From an uncultured Flavobacteriaceae bacterium (GTDB lineage Bacteria; Bacteroidota; Bacteroidia; Flavobacteriales; Flavobacteriaceae): a stretch of 64,000 bases of DNA. Within the stretch, counting starts at the first letter, position 1. Every line of letters starts with the position of its first letter. The notes under the pieces were generated by a model. That model saw nothing but the letters and a program-made list of their open reading frames with translations. It made no database searches and had not been told where the DNA came from. Below are positions 8,147 to 16,602 of the stretch, piece after piece. The translations under genes and the position numbers were made by a program. The DNA is taken from assembly GCA_963973455.1 (NCBI GenBank), contig CAXAZF010000009.1:36984-100983 (forward strand). Reading direction: 5' to 3'.

Positions 8147-8362
8147 ATGCAAACCAAAAAAAACAGTTTAATCGAAGCCGTAACAAATACAGCTGTCGGG
8201 TTTGGAATCTCGTTGGTTTCCATCTTTATCATATTGCCATTATTAGGCATTGAAAGCACGCCAACAAAAAATGTAACCATAACCGTGTATTTTACTGTAA
8301 TAAGCATTGTACGCAGCTATGTGTTGCGCAGGATATTTAATAAGAAAACAAACAATAGTTAA
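8147..8362 (+). CDS. small 2-TM phage membrane protein (DUF7220-like)
   Basis: 'QTKKNSLIEAVTNTAVGFGIS...YFTVISIVRSYVLRRIFN' pattern. Confidence 0.7.
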   Translation: MQTKKNSLIEAVTNTAVGFGISLVSIFIILPLLGIESTPTKNVTITVYFTVISIVRSYVLRRIFNKKTNNS

Positions 8363-8421
8363 TAACCAGAGGGCACTACCGCCACCAAGCAAGTATGTGC
8401 CCTCCTAAATCACGAATGATT

Positions 8422-8961
8422 ATGAAAACAAATGTAACAATTTTAAAAATCGCAGTAACCTTGGTGTTGCTGTTGAACGTAGCAAGCCTTTTCGCACAAG
8501 ATCGAATCACGCTTAACATTGCTCAAGACGCCAAATTTTTATTTATAGGCGATGACCGTGGCAACGATGCCGGAACCTTAGACTTACTCTTTAGAAGCGA
8601 ATGGCAAGGCAAACAAACATCCGTTGGTTATATGCTAGTAGCACCCGAGTTTGAATACAGCAACCTTCAAGGCGGTGATTATAGACGGTATTCATTAAAC
8701 CTTGGCTACACCTTAACCTTTGCAGCACCATTTGAGTTTACAGCCACCGCCGGGTATGGTGTAATAGACCGCAAACACGTGGGGGCCGATTTTAGTGCCG
8801 GCGCACAACTGGAAGCTGCATTTGCCATAAGCCCCAATTTTAAACTGTACACCGCCTATCAATTTACAGAGCGTAGTGATCTATACGAATACGGAACCCC
8901 AACCAGAGGCAGTGGCTTTATTGGGATTAAAATAGGATTGTTTAAAACCCGTGGAAGATGA
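8422..8961 (+). CDS. secreted outer-membrane beta-barrel protein (moron candidate)
   Basis: Signal peptide ending SLFA/Q; alternating amphipathic strands (YSLNLGYTL, FEFTATAGYGV, FKLYTAYQF, FIGIKIGLF). Confidence 0.7.
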   Translation: MKTNVTILKIAVTLVLLLNVASLFAQDRITLNIAQDAKFLFIGDDRGNDAGTLDLLFRSEWQGKQTSVGYMLVAPEFEYSNLQGGDYRRYSLNLGYTLTFAAPFEFTATAGYGVIDRKHVGADFSAGAQLEAAFAISPNFKLYTAYQFTERSDLYEYGTPTRGSGFIGIKIGLFKTRGR

Positions 8962-9257
8962 AAATACCAATACTAATAACAGTAGTCGCGCTTTTAACTG
9001 CAGGCTTAGGCGCGTTTATCGGTTGGATGCTTGCCAAGTATGGCCGACCATCCAAAACCAATTTAAAAGAACAATGCACCCATATCAATCACCAGTTGTT
9101 TGATATGGGTTTAAAAGAAGACCAGATCATCACCTTTTGGCAAGACACCATCGCTGAAGCTGAAATACGCCACCATTTGCCGAAATGCACCAATTGCGAT
9201 GTTAACCAATGCGATGTATGGTGCCGTAGTAAAGCGCGGTTTAGTATGGACTCTTAA
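8958..9257 (+). CDS. single-TM protein with C-terminal Cys cluster
   Basis: N-terminal hydrophobic helix; CTNCDVNQCDVWC. Confidence 0.55.
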   Translation: MKIPILITVVALLTAGLGAFIGWMLAKYGRPSKTNLKEQCTHINHQLFDMGLKEDQIITFWQDTIAEAEIRHHLPKCTNCDVNQCDVWCRSKARFSMDS

Positions 9258-9263
9258 ATGACT

Positions 9264-9312
9264 AATAACGCAAAGCTAAAACCCGTTTCAATGGGTTTTA
9301 GCGACCGTTATT
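9264..9312. repeat. imperfect inverted repeat AATAACG..GCTAAAACCC-loop-GGGTTTTAGC..CGTTATT
   Basis: 10-bp perfect inner stem plus 7-bp outer arms read directly. Confidence 0.7.
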
Positions 9313-9333
9313 CGGCGTTTTTCAAAAAAATGG

Positions 9334-9341
9334 TATATTTG
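9334..9341 (+). promoter_or_regulatory. Bacteroidetes sigma70 -7 element (TATATTTG)
   Basis: Exact TAnnTTTG match 36 nt upstream of ATG 9377; no clear -33 element seen. Confidence 0.5.
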
Positions 9342-9376
9342 TTGTACTCCCCAATATTTTAAAACCGTCAACTATT

Positions 9377-9550
9377 ATGGAAAAATTAGAACCCGGCGAT
9401 GTAGTTCGTTTCAAACACCAAGAAAACAAAAGTGGATCATTCACTTATGGAGGCACTGACTCTTATGGTAAAGCGATAATTTATTGGTTTTATCAAGGGG
9501 AGGTAAAAAAAACAACGGTAGAAAAAGAAGTATTAAAAAAAGTAGAATGA
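9377..9550 (+). CDS. 57-aa DUF2158/YodC-like protein (not in ORF track)
   Basis: MEKLEPGDVVRFK...IIYWFYQGEVKK...EVLKKVE; ATGA overlap with next gene. Confidence 0.55.
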   Translation: MEKLEPGDVVRFKHQENKSGSFTYGGTDSYGKAIIYWFYQGEVKKTTVEKEVLKKVE

Positions 9551-10014
9551 AAAAACTACTCCTATTATTCGTATTGATCACAGCGCCGTTGTTTGCGCAA
9601 ACTGGTAGTACTGCATATAACCAACTTACCGGTAGTGATCTTAATGAGGTGACCTATAAAATAGACAGCTTTACCAGCAAAAGTATGCGCCTTACCAAAA
9701 AAGGCGATCAAAAATTTAAGCATACCGATACCGGGGTGATCGTGACGCAGCACTTTCAAAAATTCAATGCGCCCGAAAAAACAATGGCCATTACTTACAG
9801 CACCACGCCCAAAGGCAATCGCTTATACGTAAACGATATCACCGTAACCGGAAACCAAGAGCTGCTCATTGACTTTTACGTGAAGTTTTGGGATACCACC
9901 ATCCAACTGGATACCACCAAAAGCGATCTCTTAGCCAATAGCCGCTACTTAAATGATCAAGTAAAGCTGTACGCCGGGAATACCCAAAAAATAACGGTAA
10001 CGGGCTCCAAATGA
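9547..10014 (+). CDS. secreted/periplasmic hypothetical protein
   Basis: Start ATG 9547; classic signal peptide MKKLLLLFVLITAPLFA/Q. Confidence 0.7.
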   Translation: MKKLLLLFVLITAPLFAQTGSTAYNQLTGSDLNEVTYKIDSFTSKSMRLTKKGDQKFKHTDTGVIVTQHFQKFNAPEKTMAITYSTTPKGNRLYVNDITVTGNQELLIDFYVKFWDTTIQLDTTKSDLLANSRYLNDQVKLYAGNTQKITVTGSK

Positions 10015-10193
10015 AAATAAGATACGATTTGCACTCAGCTTATGAAGCTGGCCATACCGAACATCCTCAAAAGGAAATGAAAAAATTAGGATTTGAAGTA
10101 TTGTCTTTTGAAGGTGTGCCAATTGCAGATTGCGCAATAATGGAAATAATGCCAACTTCTAATGATTTACCTTCTTTTTTAGAAGTAATTTAA
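10011..10193 (+). CDS. hypothetical protein, 60 aa
   Basis: ATGA overlap with upstream gene. Confidence 0.55.
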   Translation: MKIRYDLHSAYEAGHTEHPQKEMKKLGFEVLSFEGVPIADCAIMEIMPTSNDLPSFLEVI

Positions 10194-10231
10194 CTGTTAA
10201 CAACCCGTTAACTTCGACCATATGCAAAGGG

Positions 10232-10262
10232 TTGCGTGGTATATAATTTGCTGTTATATTTG
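10232..10262 (+). promoter_or_regulatory. Bacteroidetes sigma70 promoter (TTG-N20-TATATTTG)
   Basis: TTG at 10232-10234, TATATTTG at 10255-10262, upstream of ATG 10278. Confidence 0.6.
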
Positions 10263-10277
10263 TTAAAACCGCACCCT

Positions 10278-10475
10278 ATGCCCGTAGTTTCCAACCCAAA
10301 CACCGCCCGAAAACACAAAGATGCCATCCGTGAGTACAACCGATTATCTGCCATTACCGAAAAAATAGGAAATGCAGTAGTCAAAAAATTCACAAACGAA
10401 TATTGCTTGGCCAAAGCGGCACATAAGCATTATTTAAGTGCCGCCACCCTTGAAGATGTTATGTACCGGAGGTAG
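10278..10475 (+). CDS. Mor/C-like transcription activator candidate
   Basis: 65 aa ending 'KKFTNEYCLAKAAHKHYLSAATLEDVMYRR' (HTH-like); last gene before late region, as for Mu mor/C. Confidence 0.5.
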   Translation: MPVVSNPNTARKHKDAIREYNRLSAITEKIGNAVVKKFTNEYCLAKAAHKHYLSAATLEDVMYRR

Positions 10476-11025
10476 GTAGTTTATAGCTTTCGTCATTAGG
10501 TTCTACAATGGGTACCGTTCCTTTAATCACATCTACATCGCCCGGCGTGAAGGTATTAAACTCATCCATCGCGCTAAGATCACGTAATTGACACACAAAG
10601 CTTTGCCGATATAAGTTTCCGGCATCGCCAGTATCAACCGGTGTAAATGCAATACGGCGCATACCGCTGTAACTTTCGCCATTGGTGCTGTGAAATAGTT
10701 GGTATACCTTTTTACAATTCTGAAGAAAAGCGAGCGCGCTCTCTTGGTTGTAACTACCAACATAGGTATCTGCAAAGGTTTCAAAATAGTGGTACATATC
10801 CACTTGCACATTACAATCTTGCGCTTTTTCTGAAAGGTCATCCACATCTATAATACGAATGGCATAAAACAATGCCGGCGTAGGGAATGGATGCTCGTCT
10901 TGCAAAAAATTAACTTGATTGTGCCAAAGGTCTTGCCACGCTATTTCTTCAATATTGGCCGTTACTTTTTCGCAAAGCTCTTTGTACAGCTCGGTAAAAT
11001 CTTGAATATAGTTTTCTGCTACCAT
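10459..11025 (-). CDS. tail terminator/completion protein (Mu gp37-like)
   Basis: 'IAWQDLWHNQV...FPTPALF' pattern; last gene of head-completion block. Confidence 0.55.
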   Translation of the reverse strand: MVAENYIQDFTELYKELCEKVTANIEEIAWQDLWHNQVNFLQDEHPFPTPALFYAIRIIDVDDLSEKAQDCNVQVDMYHYFETFADTYVGSYNQESALAFLQNCKKVYQLFHSTNGESYSGMRRIAFTPVDTGDAGNLYRQSFVCQLRDLSAMDEFNTFTPGDVDVIKGTVPIVEPNDESYKLPTSGT

Positions 11026-11026
11026 T

Positions 11027-11545
11027 TTAAAGGGTTTTAAATCGTTTTATAATAGTGTTTAAAAGCCATTCGTCCAGATCATCCATCAAGGTTTCACTAT
11101 GGCCTATAAATTGTCGTTGTGGTATCACTACCGTAAATTGGTTTTTTTTGGTCAATGCCATGCCTTTCCATTTTCCTTGGCCGGTGGCTTTGTACATATA
11201 CCAAAAGTACTTGCGGCTTTTTTCAGTAATACGAATGTTGAGCGTACCGCCGTTGTTATGGATATCGGCATACTCAGCATCGCTAAAAAAGGTTATTTTG
11301 CTCTTACCGTCATCTTCCACATCCAAGCTGTTGAGCAAATGCGAGCTTTTAACCAGTATTTTACGTCCGGGGTCAATATCACCTTTTCGGTTTTCCCACT
11401 TTTCAAACCCTTTATCGGTAAACCCTTGATTGTAAAAACTATCTTGAAAAAAGTTTAACCCGGTCACACGCGCATAGCGAATGGCATCCTTTTTAAGGGT
11501 GCGTGCCATTTGTAAAAAATCGGGGTTCTTTTCAATTTTACTCAT
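11027..11545 (-). CDS. phage virion morphogenesis protein (Mu gpG-like)
   Basis: 'RKILVKSSHLLNS','YADIHNNGG','IPQRQFIG' motifs. Confidence 0.8.
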   Translation of the reverse strand: MSKIEKNPDFLQMARTLKKDAIRYARVTGLNFFQDSFYNQGFTDKGFEKWENRKGDIDPGRKILVKSSHLLNSLDVEDDGKSKITFFSDAEYADIHNNGGTLNIRITEKSRKYFWYMYKATGQGKWKGMALTKKNQFTVVIPQRQFIGHSETLMDDLDEWLLNTIIKRFKTL

Positions 11546-12275
11546 CGTCCGGGCGTTTCAGTTTTTTTAGTTTATCCAGTTCCTTTTTTGGAATGGCGAA
11601 ATACGGATGATCTTCTTCATTAAACACCTTGCCGGTTTTGCCTACGTGGTTATCAAAGCCTTTATCAATTTTAACTTTTGGCGTTCCCTTGGTTGCCTTT
11701 TTAGAAGTCTGCTGCACCGAGCAACGGCACCGGAACCCATTAGGTGGGTAATGCGTATCCCAAAATTTGTCGTTTAGCGGTTTAATGATACCGTCCAGTT
11801 TGTCATGTTCATCGCGCACACGCTCATCGCCTACGGTTCTATACATAAGGTTGGGAAATAAATCGCTGTCTTTTTCAAACTTTTGCCATTGCTTGGCCGC
11901 TTGCGAGCTTCGTCTGGCGGTTTGATATTCTGCCTGAAGATAGTTTTGATTGTACGTTTTATGAACCGCTAACACCTTTCTACGGAAGTCTGTCCACTTG
12001 CGTATTTTACCATCATCGTCAACCAACAGCTCGTTAAACTCCACCAATTGCTGATAGCTTTTAGCGGCACTAAACAAGTATAAGTTATTTTGAATTTCAG
12101 TAACGAGAAGGTCACCGTCTTTATTCAGTTTATCCCATTCTTTGCCATAGCCTTTTTTCGCCCCTTTTTGAAGCTCTTCATAGGTTTTTAATAGCAACTC
12201 TTTGTCAAGGTCTTTTGGCTTGAGCTTTTTATCGAACAATGCCCTGGCAATTCGGGTGATCAATTTATCCCACAC
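11538..12275 (-). CDS. head morphogenesis protein (Mu gpF/SPP1 gp7 family); frame open upstream to 12371
   Basis: 'YRTVGDERVRDEH..LDGII.P..D.FWDTHYPPNGFRCRCSV' hallmark. Confidence 0.85.
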   Translation of the reverse strand: MWDKLITRIARALFDKKLKPKDLDKELLLKTYEELQKGAKKGYGKEWDKLNKDGDLLVTEIQNNLYLFSAAKSYQQLVEFNELLVDDDGKIRKWTDFRRKVLAVHKTYNQNYLQAEYQTARRSSQAAKQWQKFEKDSDLFPNLMYRTVGDERVRDEHDKLDGIIKPLNDKFWDTHYPPNGFRCRCSVQQTSKKATKGTPKVKIDKGFDNHVGKTGKVFNEEDHPYFAIPKKELDKLKKLKRPDDE

Positions 12276-12340
12276 CGAGAGATCAATCGCCTGCGGTGGT
12301 TCGTGTTCGTGGCCACAGCCTTCGTGGTTGTAAAATGCGG

Positions 12341-13684
12341 CTATTTTAAGGGCGTTGTTGGGCTTTTTTTTTTACTGTTGCCTTTGTCGTCCTCTTCCGT
12401 AGGATTGTTTGAAAATGGGCGGTTATATCCGGTAATGGTAATACCACTACGTTGGCTCAGCTCGTCCACGTCCAATTCAAAACCTGCAGTAGCTAATTTA
12501 ACTGCGCTTTCCACGTACTCTTTTTGATCAAGTTCGTCACTCTCATCCCAATCAAACTGAAGGTTTGCCAACGGCGTGTAAAAACTTGAAATTTTAGGAA
12601 GCCTTGGCAATAGCTCTTTATTGATAATGTACTTTACAAAAAGCTTATCGCTTTCGTGGCGATCGTCTGCCACTTCGGCCATAACTTTTAAGCTGCCATA
12701 CGTACCGGCATTTTCTTTATTTTGAGTGGTACCATCTTGCCCCAGTACACGTTTGGATATTTCAGAATTTAGTAAATCCAGAAACTCCTTAAATACCCGG
12801 AAGGCATCCGTTTGCGGAACCGCACCCAAAGTAAACTCTTCATTGCCTTGCAGCACCATGACGTGGTTGCTATGCATTGCCAATCCCATTTCGAGTAACT
12901 CCTCTTGGCGGCCGGTCGTCATATTATCGGTATTGATAATAATAGGCGGTACACCAAACTTATGCAAGTGATCGAGCCAAGCACCCATTGCTTGCTTTTT
13001 GGCAAGGATATAGGTTGCTATTTGGCTTAAAATACCAAGGTCGCCATTGTTGCCAATCTCAATGTAATAGTTGGCAAGGTTACCAGATACATACGAGGTT
13101 CCTTTTTCGCCACCGGCTTCTTCAGCAATCTCTTGGCGGTGTGGTAAAATATGCGCCATTGGCATTGGCGTGCATTCCATTAATTCGCCATTCTCATCGG
13201 TATCAAAAAGCTCCAGTACTTTAATGCCGGTAAACTTGCTCATTACCGTTTGGTATAAAAAGGTTTCAAACCACGGTTGCTCGAGTAAGTTTTTTACATC
13301 GGGATTGGTATCGCCGCTTTCGGTCACTAAATCCCATTTACTGCGTACTACACGTAAAATACGGCTTTCCATCACACTCATAAAGTGCGCATCGAGCATT
13401 AAGTTTTCGTACAATTCTGATAAAAATAGTAAGCTTGGCCGTTCGGGGTCGGTCGCTAACGAAACGGCATCGTTCCAATCTTTGATCTCTTTGGGTACAA
13501 AGAAAGTATTCGACTTTTTAACCTTTCCGGAAAGTGATTTTTTACCACCTCTGGATGAGTCGCGTGAAACCATTTCCACCCGAAGCCTATCCTCCGGTAT
13601 GCCTTTCAGCACTCGATTTGAAATAGAGCTGTTTGCAATGGCAATTGCAGCTGTTTGTTTTCGTATCCAATTTCCTAATCCCAT
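12341..13684 (-). CDS. portal protein (DUF935/Mu gp29)
   Basis: Size, position after gp36-like gene, 'HKFGVPP','EISKRVLGQ','GTYGSLKV'. Confidence 0.85.
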   Translation of the reverse strand: MGLGNWIRKQTAAIAIANSSISNRVLKGIPEDRLRVEMVSRDSSRGGKKSLSGKVKKSNTFFVPKEIKDWNDAVSLATDPERPSLLFLSELYENLMLDAHFMSVMESRILRVVRSKWDLVTESGDTNPDVKNLLEQPWFETFLYQTVMSKFTGIKVLELFDTDENGELMECTPMPMAHILPHRQEIAEEAGGEKGTSYVSGNLANYYIEIGNNGDLGILSQIATYILAKKQAMGAWLDHLHKFGVPPIIINTDNMTTGRQEELLEMGLAMHSNHVMVLQGNEEFTLGAVPQTDAFRVFKEFLDLLNSEISKRVLGQDGTTQNKENAGTYGSLKVMAEVADDRHESDKLFVKYIINKELLPRLPKISSFYTPLANLQFDWDESDELDQKEYVESAVKLATAGFELDVDELSQRSGITITGYNRPFSNNPTEEDDKGNSKKKSPTTPLK

Positions 13685-13685
13685 G

Positions 13686-14114
13686 TTATAAATAGTTATT
13701 TGGGTTTTTATTATTTCCGTAAATCACTCTTGGCTTTACTTCGCCCTCTTCATCTTTTCGAGATGGCAACCCGGCATAGGCGTTTCCGCTTTCAAGTTTA
13801 TCCAGTTCTTTAAGTGCCCACTCATAATCGGTGCGGATATCATCGGTTATTTTTCGAGCTGCATTACGCCGTAAAAATTTGTATAAAACTAAGTTCATTA
13901 ATATTTGAAGGATCACTCCATTACGATCGTCATCCTCTTCAGCAAAAACCGTTTCCATATCATACCTTCCGGAAAGCTTTGATGTGATATAATCAATTTG
14001 CCGCTTTTCAATTTTTTCAAGTGTATATGAAGCTCCTGCTGTTGAGTTTGCCTCGAGCAAGCGGCTTTGGATATCCGCTTCAAAATCTTCTTCAGTAAGA
14101 AATATATAGGCCAT
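13686..14114 (-). CDS. head-tail connector (DUF1320/Mu gp36-like)
   Basis: 'SKLSGRYDMETVF','RTDYEWALKELDKLESG' motifs. Confidence 0.75.
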   Translation of the reverse strand: MAYIFLTEEDFEADIQSRLLEANSTAGASYTLEKIEKRQIDYITSKLSGRYDMETVFAEEDDDRNGVILQILMNLVLYKFLRRNAARKITDDIRTDYEWALKELDKLESGNAYAGLPSRKDEEGEVKPRVIYGNNKNPNNYL

Positions 14115-15625
14115 TAGAAATGTGCTTTACGTTTAATTTTTGCTGTTAATGTATTTTTAGGGTTGGATGTATAAATCCAACTGCTTAACCATCGTATGGC
14201 TTGCTCATCGGCATCTGGCGCATCATCGTGCGTTTTATAACCGGGTTCAATACCCAAAAGCTGACTAATACCTTCCTGTGTGCTGTGGTGGCTTCGTTTG
14301 GCTTCGTTGTAATAGATACGCTCGTTTTGATAATACGGCTGCAGGGATAAAATACGATCGTACTTTTTGGTGCGTGGAGTATCCACTTTTACCAAATTGA
14401 GGTGAATGCGATACGCATCTTGCACATCGCGAATGGTGCGTTCCACTTCATCATTCCAAAATTGTGCTTCAAACTTCCAATGGATGATTACCGTTTCCGG
14501 TAACGAAAGTTGAAACTCGGCCATCCAGTTTAAGGCTTCACGCATTTTGCTTTGGCGCACAAAGCTATCGATGTAATAAAACTCTTTACCATGCAATCCC
14601 CACACCCGTACCGCATTAAAATCGGCTGTGGACGTTCCTGCATAGGCAACATCCCAAAAACCAGTGATTGCTTTAAAGTGATTGAGCGGCGGTAGTTTTT
14701 TCCATTGGATATCCTCATTTTTGAAAATAACACCCTCTGTATGAGGTTCGTTATTATATTCTGCTTTTGCCGCTAAAATTCCAATATCATCAACTACTTC
14801 TTTATAATAATCATTAGAATACTTTTCAATCCAAGTAGGTTTATAATCTACCGGATTAAATGCCTTTACTTCGTGAACCTTCCAGTTTGGATGAGATTTC
14901 TGAAGCATCGTCATAATCATGTCGGGTTCAAAACGATTGTTAGCATATACAAACCTTCTTGGATATCCATCCATTGTAGGAATCAAATCACGTTCAATCC
15001 ATTTTGCATATTTTCTTTGTCGCTTTGGATTAGCACTAACTTCTTTAGTCTCTAAATCATCAACCACAATATAGTCTGGTCTTTGATTTTGTTTCCTTAA
15101 ACCTCTAACTGATTGCCCAACCCCTTGAGCTTTTCCAATAAAACCACTTTTGGTTTTCCAATCACCAGACTCCCAATTACCGGGATTCATTTGTTCACCA
15201 AAATCGTTAATGATGCGTTGGTTCGCTTCAAATTCGGCACGAAGATCTTCTAAAAGTTCTGAAGCACGGTCTTTACTTGTAGTGCAAATAACAAAATAAT
15301 TTGCATCATCATTAATCGAAAGCCAAAACGGGATAATGATATCTGCCCAAACGGATTTCGCCAATCCACGACCCCATTGAAAAAAGACTCTTGCAAGTTG
15401 ATCATTCTTAATCAAATTTGCGCCTTTAATATGAAAATCATTTGCTGGACTCGTGCAATAATGAGGGAAGTAATACTCCGCACAAAAGCGTGGGTCATTC
15501 TTAGCTTTGGTAATACGTTGCTTTTTATCCGCTTCGGTTTCATAGGTATTTACACCTCCACCGGAACGGGCAAACTGCAGCCGTTTTTTATATGCCTCTA
15601 AGGCTTTTTTGTCTGCAGCTTTCAT
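14114..15625 (-). CDS. terminase large subunit
   Basis: 'WGRGLAKS' Walker A variant, 'RPDYIVVDDLE' Walker B, 'FWDVAYAG','HDDAPDA' nuclease motifs. Confidence 0.9.
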   Translation of the reverse strand: MKAADKKALEAYKKRLQFARSGGGVNTYETEADKKQRITKAKNDPRFCAEYYFPHYCTSPANDFHIKGANLIKNDQLARVFFQWGRGLAKSVWADIIIPFWLSINDDANYFVICTTSKDRASELLEDLRAEFEANQRIINDFGEQMNPGNWESGDWKTKSGFIGKAQGVGQSVRGLRKQNQRPDYIVVDDLETKEVSANPKRQRKYAKWIERDLIPTMDGYPRRFVYANNRFEPDMIMTMLQKSHPNWKVHEVKAFNPVDYKPTWIEKYSNDYYKEVVDDIGILAAKAEYNNEPHTEGVIFKNEDIQWKKLPPLNHFKAITGFWDVAYAGTSTADFNAVRVWGLHGKEFYYIDSFVRQSKMREALNWMAEFQLSLPETVIIHWKFEAQFWNDEVERTIRDVQDAYRIHLNLVKVDTPRTKKYDRILSLQPYYQNERIYYNEAKRSHHSTQEGISQLLGIEPGYKTHDDAPDADEQAIRWLSSWIYTSNPKNTLTAKIKRKAHF

Positions 15626-15945
15626 TTACGTACGGTGTGAGGTTTATCGGTATAGCTTACCGTTATTTTATTAAGGCCGAAATTGAAAAAGATATTCTTG
15701 ATGTATGATGTGCGTACCTTACCACCTCGCAAGGGTATTTTTTGCGGATCACCAATTTTAACACCGGCACCGGCTTTTAAAAATTGAGATCCTAAATTCA
15801 AAAAGGTTTGTCTTGTTGAAATACCGGTTATAAGGCTGTACCAACAATGAAATAACACGCTAATAGGTGTTATAATCAATAGTGATAATACGTGCCGTAT
15901 AAAGATGTAAATGGTGTTAACCCAAAATTTGAATTTTTTACTCAT
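15622..15945 (-). CDS. hypothetical protein with one hydrophobic segment between terminase subunits
   Basis: Start abuts small-terminase stop; stop overlaps large-terminase ATG. Confidence 0.5.
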   Translation of the reverse strand: MSKKFKFWVNTIYIFIRHVLSLLIITPISVLFHCWYSLITGISTRQTFLNLGSQFLKAGAGVKIGDPQKIPLRGGKVRTSYIKNIFFNFGLNKITVSYTDKPHTVRK

Positions 15946-15946
15946 A

Positions 15947-16438
15947 CTAATATTTCTTACTTACTTTGGTTAAGTGATTTTCTTGAAAATCGATGGTTTT
16001 GGTATAAAGCTTTGGATGCGCGCGTTGCAAGTCGTGGAAGATCTCGTCCATTACTTCAATATAAACCACCAATGGTATTTTGTTTTCGCGGTCAAGTTGC
16101 TCCAGCGTTTTGTTGTAATGTGCGACCTCATTAGCCATTCCGTTGGCTTTTTTACGAAGGTCACCTTCGAGCTCGAGGTCGTTGCTTTGTTTTGCTCGTT
16201 CAATTTCATTTTGAAGCTCGAGCCGTTCACTGGTAAGCGTACCGAGTAGCTTGCGCAAGTTCTCCACTTGGCTTTTGTGGCTTGAGAGTTTTGCCTCCCT
16301 TTGTTGTTTCCACCCGTATTTTGATGACCAGTTAGAAATGGTCTTTTCCTGCACCCCAACTATTTCGGCAATACGTTTATTCGTTTCGCCTTTCATAAAT
16401 AGCTGCTTAGCGGTAGCGCGTTCTTTATCTTTTGCCAT
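15947..16438 (-). CDS. terminase small subunit (N-terminal HTH, DUF1804-like)
   Basis: ATG 16438; 'AKQLFMKGETNKRIAEIVGVQEKTISNWSSKYGW'. Confidence 0.75.
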   Translation of the reverse strand: MAKDKERATAKQLFMKGETNKRIAEIVGVQEKTISNWSSKYGWKQQREAKLSSHKSQVENLRKLLGTLTSERLELQNEIERAKQSNDLELEGDLRKKANGMANEVAHYNKTLEQLDRENKIPLVVYIEVMDEIFHDLQRAHPKLYTKTIDFQENHLTKVSKKY

Positions 16439-16602
16439 ACACTGCAAAGATGGCGCACCCCTTTAGGCTGTGAAAAAGTACTATAAAGTTCACGGTGGTT
16501 TTAACTGGTATTTAGTCAGATTTTTCACTGTTAGTATTCAAGCAACTTTTTAAAACTGGGCCACCGCATCGCAAATTTGTAACCTCAAGACACACGAACG
16601 CG
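16439..16602. promoter_or_regulatory. divergent late promoter region
   Basis: Non-coding gap between head-to-head late operons; near -7 elements CATCTTTG (minus strand) and CAAATTTG (plus strand). Confidence 0.5.

Noticed and set aside
9484-9546. Longer N-terminal extensions given by the ORF track (also 8395, 16447, 34712, 37802, 57294, 60714)
   Set aside because: Downstream ATGs give proper signal peptides, family N-termini or translational coupling, so the extended starts were not used
14760-15480. Apparent composition change within the terminase large subunit suggesting a recombined segment or intein
   Set aside because: The protein length is normal, no intein motifs are visible, and the shift could not be quantified by eye
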